DNA of 64,000 bases from an uncultured Chloroflexia bacterium (GCA_963700285.1 CAVOXA010000007.1:1-64000), one strand, 5' to 3'. Positions 28,159 to 38,814 are shown, numbered from the stretch's first letter. Notes: generated by a model not told the origin, from the letters alone. Program-made: numbers and translations.

Positions 28159-31100
28159 ATGGCACTCAAGATCCGTTGGCTTGGTAGAGTCTTCTTTGTG
28201 TTGGTAGCTGTTGCGATGATCTGGCCCGCGTCGCCGGGCCATGCTGTTGCTTCTGAGAGAGCAATTGTAGACAATGCGGTCAGGCTGCTGTCCGCGACGG
28301 AGGTTGGAGCCACGTTCGAGGTCAGGGTACCCCGAGACCGGCTGCAGGTTGAGGCCGTATCGTCAGGTGGCCAGGAGATGTCCAAGGTGTCGATCCCTGG
28401 CTGGAGCACGACCGGGCGGGCTGGAGCGCCTGCTCTGCCCATGGTGGTGGCCACGCTGGGCGTACCGCACGGCGCTGAGGTTACGCTGAGCGTTGGCCCG
28501 GGCGCGCCCGCCTTGTTGGCCCTGCCCGCTCCCGTGGCGGCGGTGCCGGCGCTCAGTCCTGAGTGGAGTGAACCTGCGCCTGGGGTCCTGTCTCAAGGGC
28601 TGCCAACACTTGGGTTCGAAAACCAGCCCGATCCCGAGATATATGGTTCGGACCAGGCTTATCCCGGTCCCCTGGCCGCGATCGTGAGCGACCGCACAGT
28701 GAATGGCCAGCGCGTGATTGGCGTAGCGGCTTATCCGGTCCAGTACCAGCCAGACTCGGTGTTGCTCGTGGTTTATGAGGATCTGGAGATCCAGATCGCC
28801 TTCGAGGGCGGGACTGGCGGAGACGCAGAGGGATTTGCTGCCCAGCCAGGGTCCGCGGACGATGCGGGCCGCCTGGGGCGTGGAGTGTTGAACGAACTGG
28901 CAGCGGAGGCCTGGGTCCAGGGGACCGCAGCGCCCGCCGGGACGCTTGCCGCCCCATGGCTGCCGCCTGACCCGGGCTACCGGGTGTCGGTCGAGCATGC
29001 CGGCATCTACAAGCTGACCTATGGCGACCTGTCCGGTGCCGGCGTACTCGACACCAACCCCGATCCGCGGACCTTCCGGCTCTACAACAAGGGCCAGGAG
29101 GTAGCCATCCATGTGGAAGGTGAAGGCGACGGGCAGTTTGGCGTGGACGACTATGTGCTTTTTTATGGGGAAGCTGCTGACTCGAAATATACGCCCTACA
29201 ACGTCTACTGGCTGACCTATGCGCCAACCGTGGCCGGTGACGAGCGGCGGATGCCGGACCGCGATGGAACGCCGGATCCCGCTGGAGGAACCTCGCCTGT
29301 TGGCCACAATGATGTCCTTCACCGCGAAGAGAACCACTACTATGTCACCATTCTGGATGGCGACCAGGACCTGGAACGCTTTGTGTGGAGCTATGTCTAT
29401 GCACCCTCCATACCCCAATGGTCGCACTCCTTTTCGCTGGCCGGTCCCGCGACCGGGACGGCCATGCTCACGGTGGCTATGTTTGGTGGGAATATCCGTG
29501 ACAGTTATGCCGACCCGCATCACACCGTCGTGACCCTGAACGGGGTTGAACTCGAGAACGTGGTGTGGGATGGGATCGAGTGGTACGTGATGAGCGAGCC
29601 GCTTGATCAATCTATCCTGAAAACCAGCCCGGAGGTCAATACTCTCGTGGTCTCCAGTCCCAATGACCAGGGCGAAAGCTATGATCTGGTCTACATCGAC
29701 TGGGCGACGCTCGAGTTTGTGAACAGCTTTACCGCGGTGGACGATCAGCTTCGTTTCCACTATGACACCCCGGGCATTTGGACCTATGCCATCGAAGGTT
29801 TCACGACGGACGATGCGATTGTTTTTGACATAACGGATCCAAGTTCGGTGGCGCGCATTACGGGTGGTGGCCAGATCGCCGCCAATCCGGCCGCATATTC
29901 CTTCGTCGACGAGGTGGCGGCGGGCGCGGCGACCGACTATATCGTTCTGACGCCGGCCGCCTTCAGGTCGCCGGCGGGTATCGAGCTGGATACACCGTCT
30001 GACTTGGGCGCGGTGACGGGTGCGGACTGGGTCGTCGTGACGCACTCGCTATTTTCGGGGGCGGCGGCCCGGCTGACAGCCCACCGGGCAGCCCAGGGTT
30101 TGGTGGCTTTCCAGGTGGACGTCCAGGACGTCTACGATCAGTTTGGTTACGGCATAGAGGGCGCCTACCCCATCCACGATTTTCTGGAATACACCTTTTA
30201 CAACTGGCAGCCGAGGCCAGTCTACGTGGTCCTCTTTGGCGATGGATCGGCCGATCCCAAGGACCATGAGAAGCGCGGTAGCGTCAGCTTCATCCCGCCC
30301 TACCTCGCGCCGGTGGATCCCTGGATCGTGGAGACGGCGGCCGACAACCGTTACGTGGCCTTTACAGATACGGGAACCTACCCGCTCCCGGACATGATGC
30401 TGGGGCGCCTGGCGGTGGACACGGAGCACCAGGCCAACGTCGTCGTGAACAAGATCATCGACTATGAGCTGGCGCCAGAACCTGGGGACTGGAAAGAGAG
30501 CGTGCTCTTTGTTGCAGACAACGACGATCCGGGGATCGCGTTCACAGATTACTCGGACGACATTATCAACTGCTGCCTTCCGGCCTCCTACCAGTACGAG
30601 AGGGTCTACTACCTGGATACGCACCCGACTTCAGGTGGAGCCAAGGCGGACATCCTAGCCAACATCACCAGCGGACAGTTCATCGTCAATTATGTCGGCC
30701 ATTCCTCGGTGACGACCTGGGCTGGCGAGTCGCTTTTCGGCGTCGGAGACCTCGGGTCCCTGGGCAACGGGGGAAAACTGCCCGTCATGCTGCCCATGAC
30801 CTGCTATGACGGGTACTACCACGGCCTGTATTCGTCCTCCCTGGCAGAGTCCATCGTCCGTATCGAGGGAAAAGGCGCCGTGGCAAGCTGGTCGGGAACA
30901 GGCCTGGGCGTGGCGCAGGGACACGACGAGCTGAACCGGGGCTTTTTTGACGCGCTGTTCAAAGACGGCAAGCGCACCATCGGCGAGGCAACGATGGCGG
31001 GCCTACAGCGGCTGGCGGACGGCGGCACCCACCTGGACCTCCTGGATACCTACCTCCTGTTTGGGGACCCAGCGCTCCAGCTCACGCAGGCGCCCACCTC

Positions 31101-31431
31101 GGTGGAACTGGCCTCTTTTGAGGCGATCGCGAAGGGGGGCCAAGCGGTGATGCTGCGCTGGCGGACGGCCAGCGAAGCTGGCGTACTGGGCTTCGATCTG
31201 TTCCGGCAGGACGCGCGGGGTACCGTCCAGCTTAATGATGGCCTCATTCCCAGCAGGGCGCCTGGCACGGCGATGGGAGCAGCCTATGAATGGCTGGATG
31301 GCCCCCTGCCCGCTGGTGAGCATCTGTACTGGCTGGAGATCATCGATCAGACCGGAGGCCGGACGCGGCATGGGCCGGCTGAGGCAGTTTTGGCTGAGTA
31401 TCGCCTCCTTCTGCCTTTCGTGAGTCGATAG
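28159..31431 (+). CDS. Secreted C25 (gingipain/PorU-like) cysteine peptidase 1
   Basis: Likely ATG 28159 plus signal peptide; propeptide-like N-terminus; DVQDVYDQFG, MLGRL, NYVGH (His), MTC (Cys), YLLFGDP; C-terminal shared domain and LLLPFVSR tail. Confidence 0.88.
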   Translation: MALKIRWLGRVFFVLVAVAMIWPASPGHAVASERAIVDNAVRLLSATEVGATFEVRVPRDRLQVEAVSSGGQEMSKVSIPGWSTTGRAGAPALPMVVATLGVPHGAEVTLSVGPGAPALLALPAPVAAVPALSPEWSEPAPGVLSQGLPTLGFENQPDPEIYGSDQAYPGPLAAIVSDRTVNGQRVIGVAAYPVQYQPDSVLLVVYEDLEIQIAFEGGTGGDAEGFAAQPGSADDAGRLGRGVLNELAAEAWVQGTAAPAGTLAAPWLPPDPGYRVSVEHAGIYKLTYGDLSGAGVLDTNPDPRTFRLYNKGQEVAIHVEGEGDGQFGVDDYVLFYGEAADSKYTPYNVYWLTYAPTVAGDERRMPDRDGTPDPAGGTSPVGHNDVLHREENHYYVTILDGDQDLERFVWSYVYAPSIPQWSHSFSLAGPATGTAMLTVAMFGGNIRDSYADPHHTVVTLNGVELENVVWDGIEWYVMSEPLDQSILKTSPEVNTLVVSSPNDQGESYDLVYIDWATLEFVNSFTAVDDQLRFHYDTPGIWTYAIEGFTTDDAIVFDITDPSSVARITGGGQIAANPAAYSFVDEVAAGAATDYIVLTPAAFRSPAGIELDTPSDLGAVTGADWVVVTHSLFSGAAARLTAHRAAQGLVAFQVDVQDVYDQFGYGIEGAYPIHDFLEYTFYNWQPRPVYVVLFGDGSADPKDHEKRGSVSFIPPYLAPVDPWIVETAADNRYVAFTDTGTYPLPDMMLGRLAVDTEHQANVVVNKIIDYELAPEPGDWKESVLFVADNDDPGIAFTDYSDDIINCCLPASYQYERVYYLDTHPTSGGAKADILANITSGQFIVNYVGHSSVTTWAGESLFGVGDLGSLGNGGKLPVMLPMTCYDGYYHGLYSSSLAESIVRIEGKGAVASWSGTGLGVAQGHDELNRGFFDALFKDGKRTIGEATMAGLQRLADGGTHLDLLDTYLLFGDPALQLTQAPTSVELASFEAIAKGGQAVMLRWRTASEAGVLGFDLFRQDARGTVQLNDGLIPSRAPGTAMGAAYEWLDGPLPAGEHLYWLEIIDQTGGRTRHGPAEAVLAEYRLLLPFVSR

Positions 31432-31529
31432 GAGCTCGCAGTAGGTTGCTGTTCGGCCGTACTTGCCAGGCGCTGCGGATGATGTGCAGGTCAAGGTGTG
31501 TTCAAGACATCAGGAGATAGGGGGTAGCT

Positions 31530-34484
31530 ATGGAAAAGCGTGGAAGGTTCAGAATGGCGGGCTGGTGCCTGATCATCGTCCTGATCGTGGTGTCCCTCCC
31601 TTCAGCGGCGGGGGCGGGCAGCTTGGCCCAGCCGGGCCGGGCAGGCGCCGTCGATCTGCTTTCTTCCAGTGAGTCTGGGCTGAGTTGGTTGCTGCAGGTT
31701 CCCACGGATCGCCTGGCAGTGGAGCCGGTCGCCGTGGATGGGGAGACGTTCGCGGCCATCTCGCTGGCAGGCTGGGGCGCGACCCAGCAGGCCGGAGCGC
31801 CGGAGCTGCCGAGGCTGGTGACGGCCATCGGCGCGCCGCCCGGTGCGGAGGTGCGCGTCCAAGCCTTACCAGGCGCGGCAACTTCAAGGACGCTGCCTGG
31901 CCGGGTGCTGCCCGTGCCCACGCTGGAAGCGCGCTGGGACGGCGAGGCACTGGTCGCAGGAAGCCCGTTCCTCCCCTCACTGAAGAGCGAGCGGGTGGCC
32001 GATCCGGCGGTCTATGGGGCTGGCGGATCCTACCCCGGAACCCTGGCCGAGGTGGTGAGCGACGGCTGGGTGCGCGGACAACGGGTCGTTGGCATCGCGC
32101 TCTATCCGGTTCAGTACGAGCCTGCCACGGGTGGGCTGACGGTCTATGAGAACCTGGAGGTGCAGGTGCGCTTCGAGGGGGCTGCTGCGGCAGGACGCCC
32201 CGGCGGGGCCCAGGGCCCCGCGCACGAGGCGCTGTTCGAGAGCGAGTTGCTGAACTATGAGGCAGCGCGGAACTGGGCCAGCGCCACAGAGGCGGCGGGT
32301 CCCGAAGCCGTGCCCTGGATGCCGCCGGACCCAGGCTTCCGGGTGTACGTGGAAGAAGAAGGGATTTACAGGCTGTCCTATGGCGAGCTGCAGGCGGCCG
32401 GTGTGCTGGCCGGCAACCCCGATCCGGGGACATTCCGCATGTACAACATGGGCCAGGAGGTGGCCATCCACGTCGAGCTGGGCGGTGACGGGAACTTTGG
32501 CGCGGGGGACTATATACTCTTTTACGGGCAAGCTATCGCGTCCAAGTACAGCCGCTACAACGTGTACTGGCTGACCCACGGTCAGGGTACAACCAAGCCG
32601 ATGGGCAGCCGCGATGGGTCGCCATCGGGAGGGACGGCGCCCGCGACTTTTGATGACCTGCTCCATCTGGAGCAAAACCAGTACTATGTCACGAGTCTGG
32701 TGGGTGATGAAAACCTGGAACGGTTCGTGTGGGACTATTTGTATCCGCCGGAGCGGAACAGTTGGGCGACCAGCCTTTCGCTGACGGCCCCGGCCCATGG
32801 GTCAGAGAAGGCAACGCTCAAGATCCTGGTTCATGGCGGCGATCTGCCGGACAACGCCTCCGATCCTCACCGCGTGCAGGTCTATCTCAACGGTGGTGAG
32901 GTGAAGGACGAATCGTGGAACGGCATCGGCCAGCACGAGATCATCATTGGCAATCTGAGCCAGACCCTGCTCAACGCGGGCAGCAACAACGTGGAGCTAC
33001 GAGCTCCCAGGGCCGAGGACCTGGTGTACGTGGACTGGCTGGACCTAGCCTTTGCCAACACTTTTGTGGCTGGTGCCGACTCGCTGGCCTTCAACCAGGC
33101 CAATCCTGGCAAGTGGCAGTTCGGCATCGACGCCTTTAGCCAGTCCGGCGTGGCGGTCTTTGACGTAACCGACCCGGCCTCGGTGGCACGCATCCTTAAC
33201 GGCAGCGTGACTCCCTCGGGCCCGAGTTTCTCCCTTGCCTTCACGGATCAGATCGCCGCTCCCACCCGCTATCTGGCTCTGGCCAGCACCGCGTTCCTGC
33301 CGGCGGCCAAGATCGAGCGCGACACAGCCTCCAATCTGCAGTCGGCAGCCAATGGCGCGGACTATGTCCTGGTAACGCACCGGGATTTCGCCGCCGCGGT
33401 GGCGCCTCTGGCGGCCTACCGGGCCGGGCAGGGGCTGCGGGTCGTGCAGGTGGATGTGCAGGACGCCTACGACGAGTTCGGCTATGGCCTGCCTAGCGCG
33501 CAGGCCCTGCGCGCGTTCCTGACCTATGCCTACGACAGATGGGTCGATCCTGCCCCCGAGTACGTGCTGCTGGTGGGCGACGGGCATTACGATCCAAAGG
33601 ACTATGGGGGCCATGGGCTGGCGAGCTATATCCCGCCCTACCTGGCGCCTGTGGATCCCTATATCAACGAGACGGCGGCGGACAACCGCTATGTGTCCTT
33701 CACCGCCGGGGACGAAATCCCGGATATGATGCTGGGTCGGATGGCGGTGAATTCGGCCGCGGAGGCCACCGTCGTCGTTAACAAGACCCTGGACTATGAG
33801 AAGGCGCCCGCGCCCGGAAGCTGGAACAACCGCGTGCTCTTTGTGGCTGACGATCCTGAGGCGGGCGCCAACTACCCCAAGATGTCGGACGATCTGATCG
33901 CTTGCTGCCTGCCGGGCAGTTATGGGTCGCCGAAAGTCTACTATACGGTGACCCATCCCACACCCGCTGGGGCCAGGGCCGCCATCCTTTCGGCCATCAG
34001 CGCCGGACAGTTGATCGTACACTATAACGGCCACGCGCTGACGTTCCGGTGGGCGGACGAGTCGCTGTTCAGGTCGAGTGACATCCCGTCCCTGGCCAAC
34101 GGAAACCGCCTGCCCATCATGCTGCCGATGACGCGCTACGATGGCTACTTCCACCAGCCGGTCCCCTCCTCCCAGGGCTCCATGGGCGAAGGCATCGTTC
34201 GCGCTGACGGGAAGGGGGCCGTGGCCAGTTGGTCGCCGGCGGGCGTCAACCTGTCGACAGGGCAGGCGGAGCTCGACAGCGGCTTCTTTGATACGGTCTT
34301 CAAGGCCGGCAGTAGAGTCGCAGGTCAGGCCGCTACGGCCGGCAAGGTGCGTCTGTGGGCGACCGGCAAGAACCAGGACCTGGTGGACACCTTCATATTC
34401 TTGGGCGATCCAGCGCTGGCGATCCATCCGCTCTGGGATGGGGCGTCTATCTTTCTTCCGGTGATCCAGAGGACTGCTCACTAG
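31530..34484 (+). CDS. Secreted C25 peptidase homologue 2 (catalytic Cys replaced by Arg)
   Basis: Signal peptide; HYNGH retained but MTRYDG where the paralogues have MTCY(D/E)G; FLGDP; IFLPVIQR tail. Confidence 0.86.
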   Translation: MEKRGRFRMAGWCLIIVLIVVSLPSAAGAGSLAQPGRAGAVDLLSSSESGLSWLLQVPTDRLAVEPVAVDGETFAAISLAGWGATQQAGAPELPRLVTAIGAPPGAEVRVQALPGAATSRTLPGRVLPVPTLEARWDGEALVAGSPFLPSLKSERVADPAVYGAGGSYPGTLAEVVSDGWVRGQRVVGIALYPVQYEPATGGLTVYENLEVQVRFEGAAAAGRPGGAQGPAHEALFESELLNYEAARNWASATEAAGPEAVPWMPPDPGFRVYVEEEGIYRLSYGELQAAGVLAGNPDPGTFRMYNMGQEVAIHVELGGDGNFGAGDYILFYGQAIASKYSRYNVYWLTHGQGTTKPMGSRDGSPSGGTAPATFDDLLHLEQNQYYVTSLVGDENLERFVWDYLYPPERNSWATSLSLTAPAHGSEKATLKILVHGGDLPDNASDPHRVQVYLNGGEVKDESWNGIGQHEIIIGNLSQTLLNAGSNNVELRAPRAEDLVYVDWLDLAFANTFVAGADSLAFNQANPGKWQFGIDAFSQSGVAVFDVTDPASVARILNGSVTPSGPSFSLAFTDQIAAPTRYLALASTAFLPAAKIERDTASNLQSAANGADYVLVTHRDFAAAVAPLAAYRAGQGLRVVQVDVQDAYDEFGYGLPSAQALRAFLTYAYDRWVDPAPEYVLLVGDGHYDPKDYGGHGLASYIPPYLAPVDPYINETAADNRYVSFTAGDEIPDMMLGRMAVNSAAEATVVVNKTLDYEKAPAPGSWNNRVLFVADDPEAGANYPKMSDDLIACCLPGSYGSPKVYYTVTHPTPAGARAAILSAISAGQLIVHYNGHALTFRWADESLFRSSDIPSLANGNRLPIMLPMTRYDGYFHQPVPSSQGSMGEGIVRADGKGAVASWSPAGVNLSTGQAELDSGFFDTVFKAGSRVAGQAATAGKVRLWATGKNQDLVDTFIFLGDPALAIHPLWDGASIFLPVIQRTAH

Positions 34485-34696
34485 ATCTGCCAGTGCCATG
34501 TCGCGGCTGTGCTGAGACCAGTCCCCCAGTTCGCAATGGGTGGGCTGGTCTCTGTTCATCGGTCGCAAGATCCCGAGGTTGCCGTTCCAGGCACATCAAG
34601 CACGCCCTGCCGGTCCGCTACGGCGACGTGCCTCCGGATCATCTGCTGTAATGCAGCTAACGGAGAAAAACCGAAATTCAGGTTGTAATGGGATGG

Positions 34697-34705
34697 TGGT
34701 ATAAT
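34697..34705 (+). promoter_or_regulatory. Extended -10 promoter element
   Basis: TGGTATAAT about 60 nt upstream of C25 gene 3. Confidence 0.45.
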
Positions 34706-34763
34706 CATTGAGGAACTCCGTATTCGGGCAAGCTCGGGGCAAGTCGTGATGGGAGATAGGCAC

Positions 34764-37700
34764 ATGGGACGAAATGCGCGGTGGTTTGGAAGAACTGGAT
34801 TGCTGGTGACCGCACTGGTGCTGGGCGCCATGCTGCTGATGCTCACTGTCGCCCTGGCCGCCGAGGCGCCGAGCGCTGTCCAGACGCAAGAGGGGGATGG
34901 ACTGCGTCTGGTTTCTGCATCTGAGGCGGAGGTGGTATTCCGCGTCTCTCTGCCCCCAGATCTGTTGGATCTTGAGCCACTCTCCATCGATGGCCAAGCG
35001 TACGTGCAGCCGCGGATCACGGGCTGGGCGACCAGTGGGAGCCCGGGTGCGCCGGAGCTGCCCTATGTGCTGGGCGCCATCGGGGCGCCCCCTGGCACCC
35101 AGGTGCGGGTAGAGATAGAGCCGGGCACGGCGTACAGGTTCGAGCTCTCGGCGCCCGTGGCGCCGGTGGCAACCATCACGGCCGGGATGGACTGGGAAGC
35201 CCTCGGAAATGGAGAGCTGGCCCTCCCACGGCCGGCCCGGGATCTTGAAATGGATGCGGCGGTTTATGGCGCGGGTGGCTCCTACCCGGGAGCGCTGGCC
35301 GAGGTCGTGAGTGATGCCCAGGTACGGGGCCAGCGCGTGGTGGGCATCGCCGCCTATCCAGTGCAGTACGAACCCACGACTGGCGTGCTGACGGTCTATG
35401 AGAATCTTGAGGTACGGGTGCGCTTCGAGGGGGCTGGCGCCGTTGGGCGCCCTGGGGCTGTAGTTGCGGCCGAGTCCCCGGTTTTTGAATCGCTGTTCGA
35501 AGGCGGGTTGTTGAACTACGATCAAGCCCGGGCGTGGCGCCGAGGGCAAGAGCCAGCGGTTCCTGACGTCGCGCCGTGGACGCCTCCGGAGCCTGGATAC
35601 CGCGTCTATGTGGAGAAGGAGGGGTTCTACAGGCTAACGCATGGAGAGCTACAGGCGGCCGGTGTATTGGCTGGAGACCCCGATCCGGGGACCTTCCGCA
35701 TGTACCACCAGGGCCAGGAGGTGGCGATTCACGTCGAGTTGGGTGGCGACGGCAGCTTTGATTCAGGCGATTATCTGCTCTTTTACGGGGAGGCGGTAGC
35801 ATCCAAGTACACGCGGTACAATGTGTACTGGCTGACCCACGGCCAGGGCTCGACCAAAGCGATGGGCGATCGGGATGGGACTCCGGCAGGAGGAACGACA
35901 CCGGCCACCTTTGTCGACCACGTCCATCTGGAGACAGACAAGTACTATATCACCAGCCTCATCGGCGATGAGAACCTGGACCGGTTCGTCTGGGACTACC
36001 TTTACCCCCCTTCCAAGCCGCAGTGGTCGCACACGTTTCCGCTGGCGGAACCTGTGACCGCCGGGCCGTACACGGCAACGCTGACCCTGGCGATGTTTGG
36101 CTCCCTGAAAAGCCCCATCACGCCAGATCACCACACAAAGATCTTTGTAAATGGTACACCTGTGGAGGATGCCACCTGGGACGGCACGGCCTGGCGCATC
36201 TCGACGCCCAAAGTCAAGCAGTCGTTGTTGGTATCCGGGCCAAATACGATAGCCGTTCAGGCCCCCAACGACTTGGGTGTGGGATACGATCTGGTGTACA
36301 TTGATGAGGCGGACCTAGTGTACACCAGCACATTTACAGTCGCCGGCGATGCCCTGTCCTTTGCCTACGACGTGACGGGTACCCTGGACTATGTGCTGGA
36401 GGGCTTTACGACTTCTGACATTGTCGCCTTTGACGTGACGGACCCCACCTCGGTCAAGACCATCTCCGGCGGGAGCACCGCCGCCTCCGGGCCGGGCTAT
36501 GCCTTCACCTTTTCCGATGCGGTGTTGGGTCTGAAGGACTACAGGGTGCTGGCGCCGGCCAACTACCGGTCTGTGGTACGGATCGAGCAGGATACGCCAT
36601 CCCACCTGCAATCCGCGGCCAACGGGGCGGACTATATTGTGGTCACCCATCCGGACTTTGCTGCGGCGGTCGCGCCGCTGGCTGCCCACCGGGCAGCGCA
36701 GGGGCTGCGCGTGGTCCAGGTGGAGGTACAGGACGTCTACGACGAATTTGGCTATGGCATGGCCGGGGCGCAGGCCATCCAAGCCTTTCTCAAGTATGCC
36801 TACAGCACCTGGAAAACTCCCGCTCCATCCTACGCGCTACTGGTGGGTGATGGGCACTATGACCCCAAGAATAACGGCGGGCACGGGCTGCCCAGCTATA
36901 TGCCTCCCTACCTGGCGCCGGTGGATCCGTGGATAACTGAGACGACGGCGGACAACCGTTATGTGTCTTTCACGGGAGGGGATCAGGTTCCAGACATGAT
37001 GTTGGGCCGCCTGGCGGTGAACTCGGCCGCCGAGACGACCGTGGTCGTAAACAAGATCCTGAACTATGAGCAGAATTCGCCCCCTGGGGATTGGCGCCAG
37101 GAGGTACTCTTGGTGGCGGACAATGAGGACCTTGGCGGGAAATTCGACAAACTCTCGGACGATCTGATCGCCTGCTGCCTGCCGAGCCCCTACTTGCCCC
37201 AAAAGGTCTATTACAAGGTAACGCATGCCACGGTCGGCGAGACCAACACGGCCATCCGCTCCCGCATCAGCGACGGCAAGCTGCTGGTGAACTATATTGG
37301 GCACGCTTCCATCACCAATTGGGCCGGCGAACCCCTGTTCAGGTCCACGGAAGTCCCCTCGCTGACCAATGGCGAGAAACTGCCGATCATGCTCGGCATG
37401 ACCTGCTACGAGGGTTACCACCACCGCCCTCTGCCGCCCAAGGACGACGCGCTGGCCGAGGTCATTGTGCGCGCGGCAGGCAAGGGCGCGGTCGCCAGTT
37501 GGTCCCCGACCGGCCTCGGCGTGGCGACGGGGCACGACCAATTGAACCGCGGCTTTTACAAAGCAGTCTTCCAGGGGGGGAGCCGCATCCTGGGCGAGGC
37601 GGTGATGGCCGGCAAGCTCCAGCTTGCCGCCTCTGGCCAGAGCCCCGATCTGTTGGACACCTTTACCCTCTTTGGCGACCCGGCCCTCCAGATCAATGCC

Positions 37701-38774
37701 CTGGACGCGGATCTTCAGCTTGACAAGGCCGTCGAGCCGGCGGGCCTGGTCGAGCAGGGCCAGGTATTGACCTATACCCTGACCTTCAGCAATGCCGGTC
37801 CGTCCATGGCTCACGGCGTCGTGCTGACCGACGTGGTTCCCGCCGAGCTGGTGGGCGCCACGGTGGTGTATTCCAGTCCCAACGTCCTTGGCCAGAGACC
37901 TGGCACTCCCTTTGCCTGGGAGATCGCTGACCTGAGTTCCGGGGAGGGTGGCGAGATCCAATTCGCCGGTACAGTGCCGATCGCTTCGCTGCCCGGTCCG
38001 TACACAATCAAGAACGAGGCCGAGATCACCATGGCCGAGCCGGATAGCGATCCGTCGAGCAATACGGCCTTCACCAACACGCCGGTAGCCGGCCAGATCT
38101 ATGGTCTCTACCTGCCCTTGGTAGCGAAGCGCTTCGATCCGCAGTTGTACGACGATTTTGAGAACCCCAGGTACGACATTTCCTTCAACCCCAATCTGTG
38201 GGACCGGGCCGGGCATCCAGCCTATGGGATCCGGCAGTGGGCGGGTACCCTGGCCTTTGAGGGCGATACAGCGCCTGCCAATACGGGCGCTGAAATGTAC
38301 TTGAAACAACCCCAGCAGCGCAGCCTGAGCGAGGTTCAGGAGTTCGAAGCGGAACTCAAGTTCGACTCAGGACAGGTCGGGGGCTATGCCTCGGTCAAGA
38401 TCCAGACCGTAGCCGGCCTGGGCAGCGGCCAGGGTTGGTGGACGCAGTGCACGCTGGCCGCTGCGGACAGCGTGGCGCCCTCGATCGTCTGCGACGTGTC
38501 CACCTACGATGGCACGGGTGACGCCAGAGAATACCGGTCTCCCGTGGTACCCACCCAATTCGATACCTGGTATACCGTCCGGATCGAGACAGATCCTGAT
38601 ACCGCCCGACTGAGTTTCTATGTGGACGGTGTCCTCATCGGCACGCATCTTCCCCAGGACGCTGCCGCGCTCAAGACCGCCAAACTGAGCCCCAAAGTCG
38701 GGGTCTGGAACGGGGCGGCAGGGACAACCGCTACCCGCCACGTAGACGAGGTACGCATCACGCCAGCAAGGTGA
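34764..38774 (+). CDS. Secreted C25 cysteine peptidase 3 with DUF11-like and C-terminal beta-sandwich domains
   Basis: Signal peptide (start could be 34746-34764); NYIGH, MTCYEG, LFGDP; ADLQLDK..LTYTLTFSNAGPS; internal LYLPLVAKR. Confidence 0.87.
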   Translation: MGRNARWFGRTGLLVTALVLGAMLLMLTVALAAEAPSAVQTQEGDGLRLVSASEAEVVFRVSLPPDLLDLEPLSIDGQAYVQPRITGWATSGSPGAPELPYVLGAIGAPPGTQVRVEIEPGTAYRFELSAPVAPVATITAGMDWEALGNGELALPRPARDLEMDAAVYGAGGSYPGALAEVVSDAQVRGQRVVGIAAYPVQYEPTTGVLTVYENLEVRVRFEGAGAVGRPGAVVAAESPVFESLFEGGLLNYDQARAWRRGQEPAVPDVAPWTPPEPGYRVYVEKEGFYRLTHGELQAAGVLAGDPDPGTFRMYHQGQEVAIHVELGGDGSFDSGDYLLFYGEAVASKYTRYNVYWLTHGQGSTKAMGDRDGTPAGGTTPATFVDHVHLETDKYYITSLIGDENLDRFVWDYLYPPSKPQWSHTFPLAEPVTAGPYTATLTLAMFGSLKSPITPDHHTKIFVNGTPVEDATWDGTAWRISTPKVKQSLLVSGPNTIAVQAPNDLGVGYDLVYIDEADLVYTSTFTVAGDALSFAYDVTGTLDYVLEGFTTSDIVAFDVTDPTSVKTISGGSTAASGPGYAFTFSDAVLGLKDYRVLAPANYRSVVRIEQDTPSHLQSAANGADYIVVTHPDFAAAVAPLAAHRAAQGLRVVQVEVQDVYDEFGYGMAGAQAIQAFLKYAYSTWKTPAPSYALLVGDGHYDPKNNGGHGLPSYMPPYLAPVDPWITETTADNRYVSFTGGDQVPDMMLGRLAVNSAAETTVVVNKILNYEQNSPPGDWRQEVLLVADNEDLGGKFDKLSDDLIACCLPSPYLPQKVYYKVTHATVGETNTAIRSRISDGKLLVNYIGHASITNWAGEPLFRSTEVPSLTNGEKLPIMLGMTCYEGYHHRPLPPKDDALAEVIVRAAGKGAVASWSPTGLGVATGHDQLNRGFYKAVFQGGSRILGEAVMAGKLQLAASGQSPDLLDTFTLFGDPALQINALDADLQLDKAVEPAGLVEQGQVLTYTLTFSNAGPSMAHGVVLTDVVPAELVGATVVYSSPNVLGQRPGTPFAWEIADLSSGEGGEIQFAGTVPIASLPGPYTIKNEAEITMAEPDSDPSSNTAFTNTPVAGQIYGLYLPLVAKRFDPQLYDDFENPRYDISFNPNLWDRAGHPAYGIRQWAGTLAFEGDTAPANTGAEMYLKQPQQRSLSEVQEFEAELKFDSGQVGGYASVKIQTVAGLGSGQGWWTQCTLAAADSVAPSIVCDVSTYDGTGDAREYRSPVVPTQFDTWYTVRIETDPDTARLSFYVDGVLIGTHLPQDAAALKTAKLSPKVGVWNGAAGTTATRHVDEVRITPAR

Positions 38775-38814
38775 CAGGGGCGGCTGCAAACCTGACGGAT
38801 ACTGATTCGTAGCT

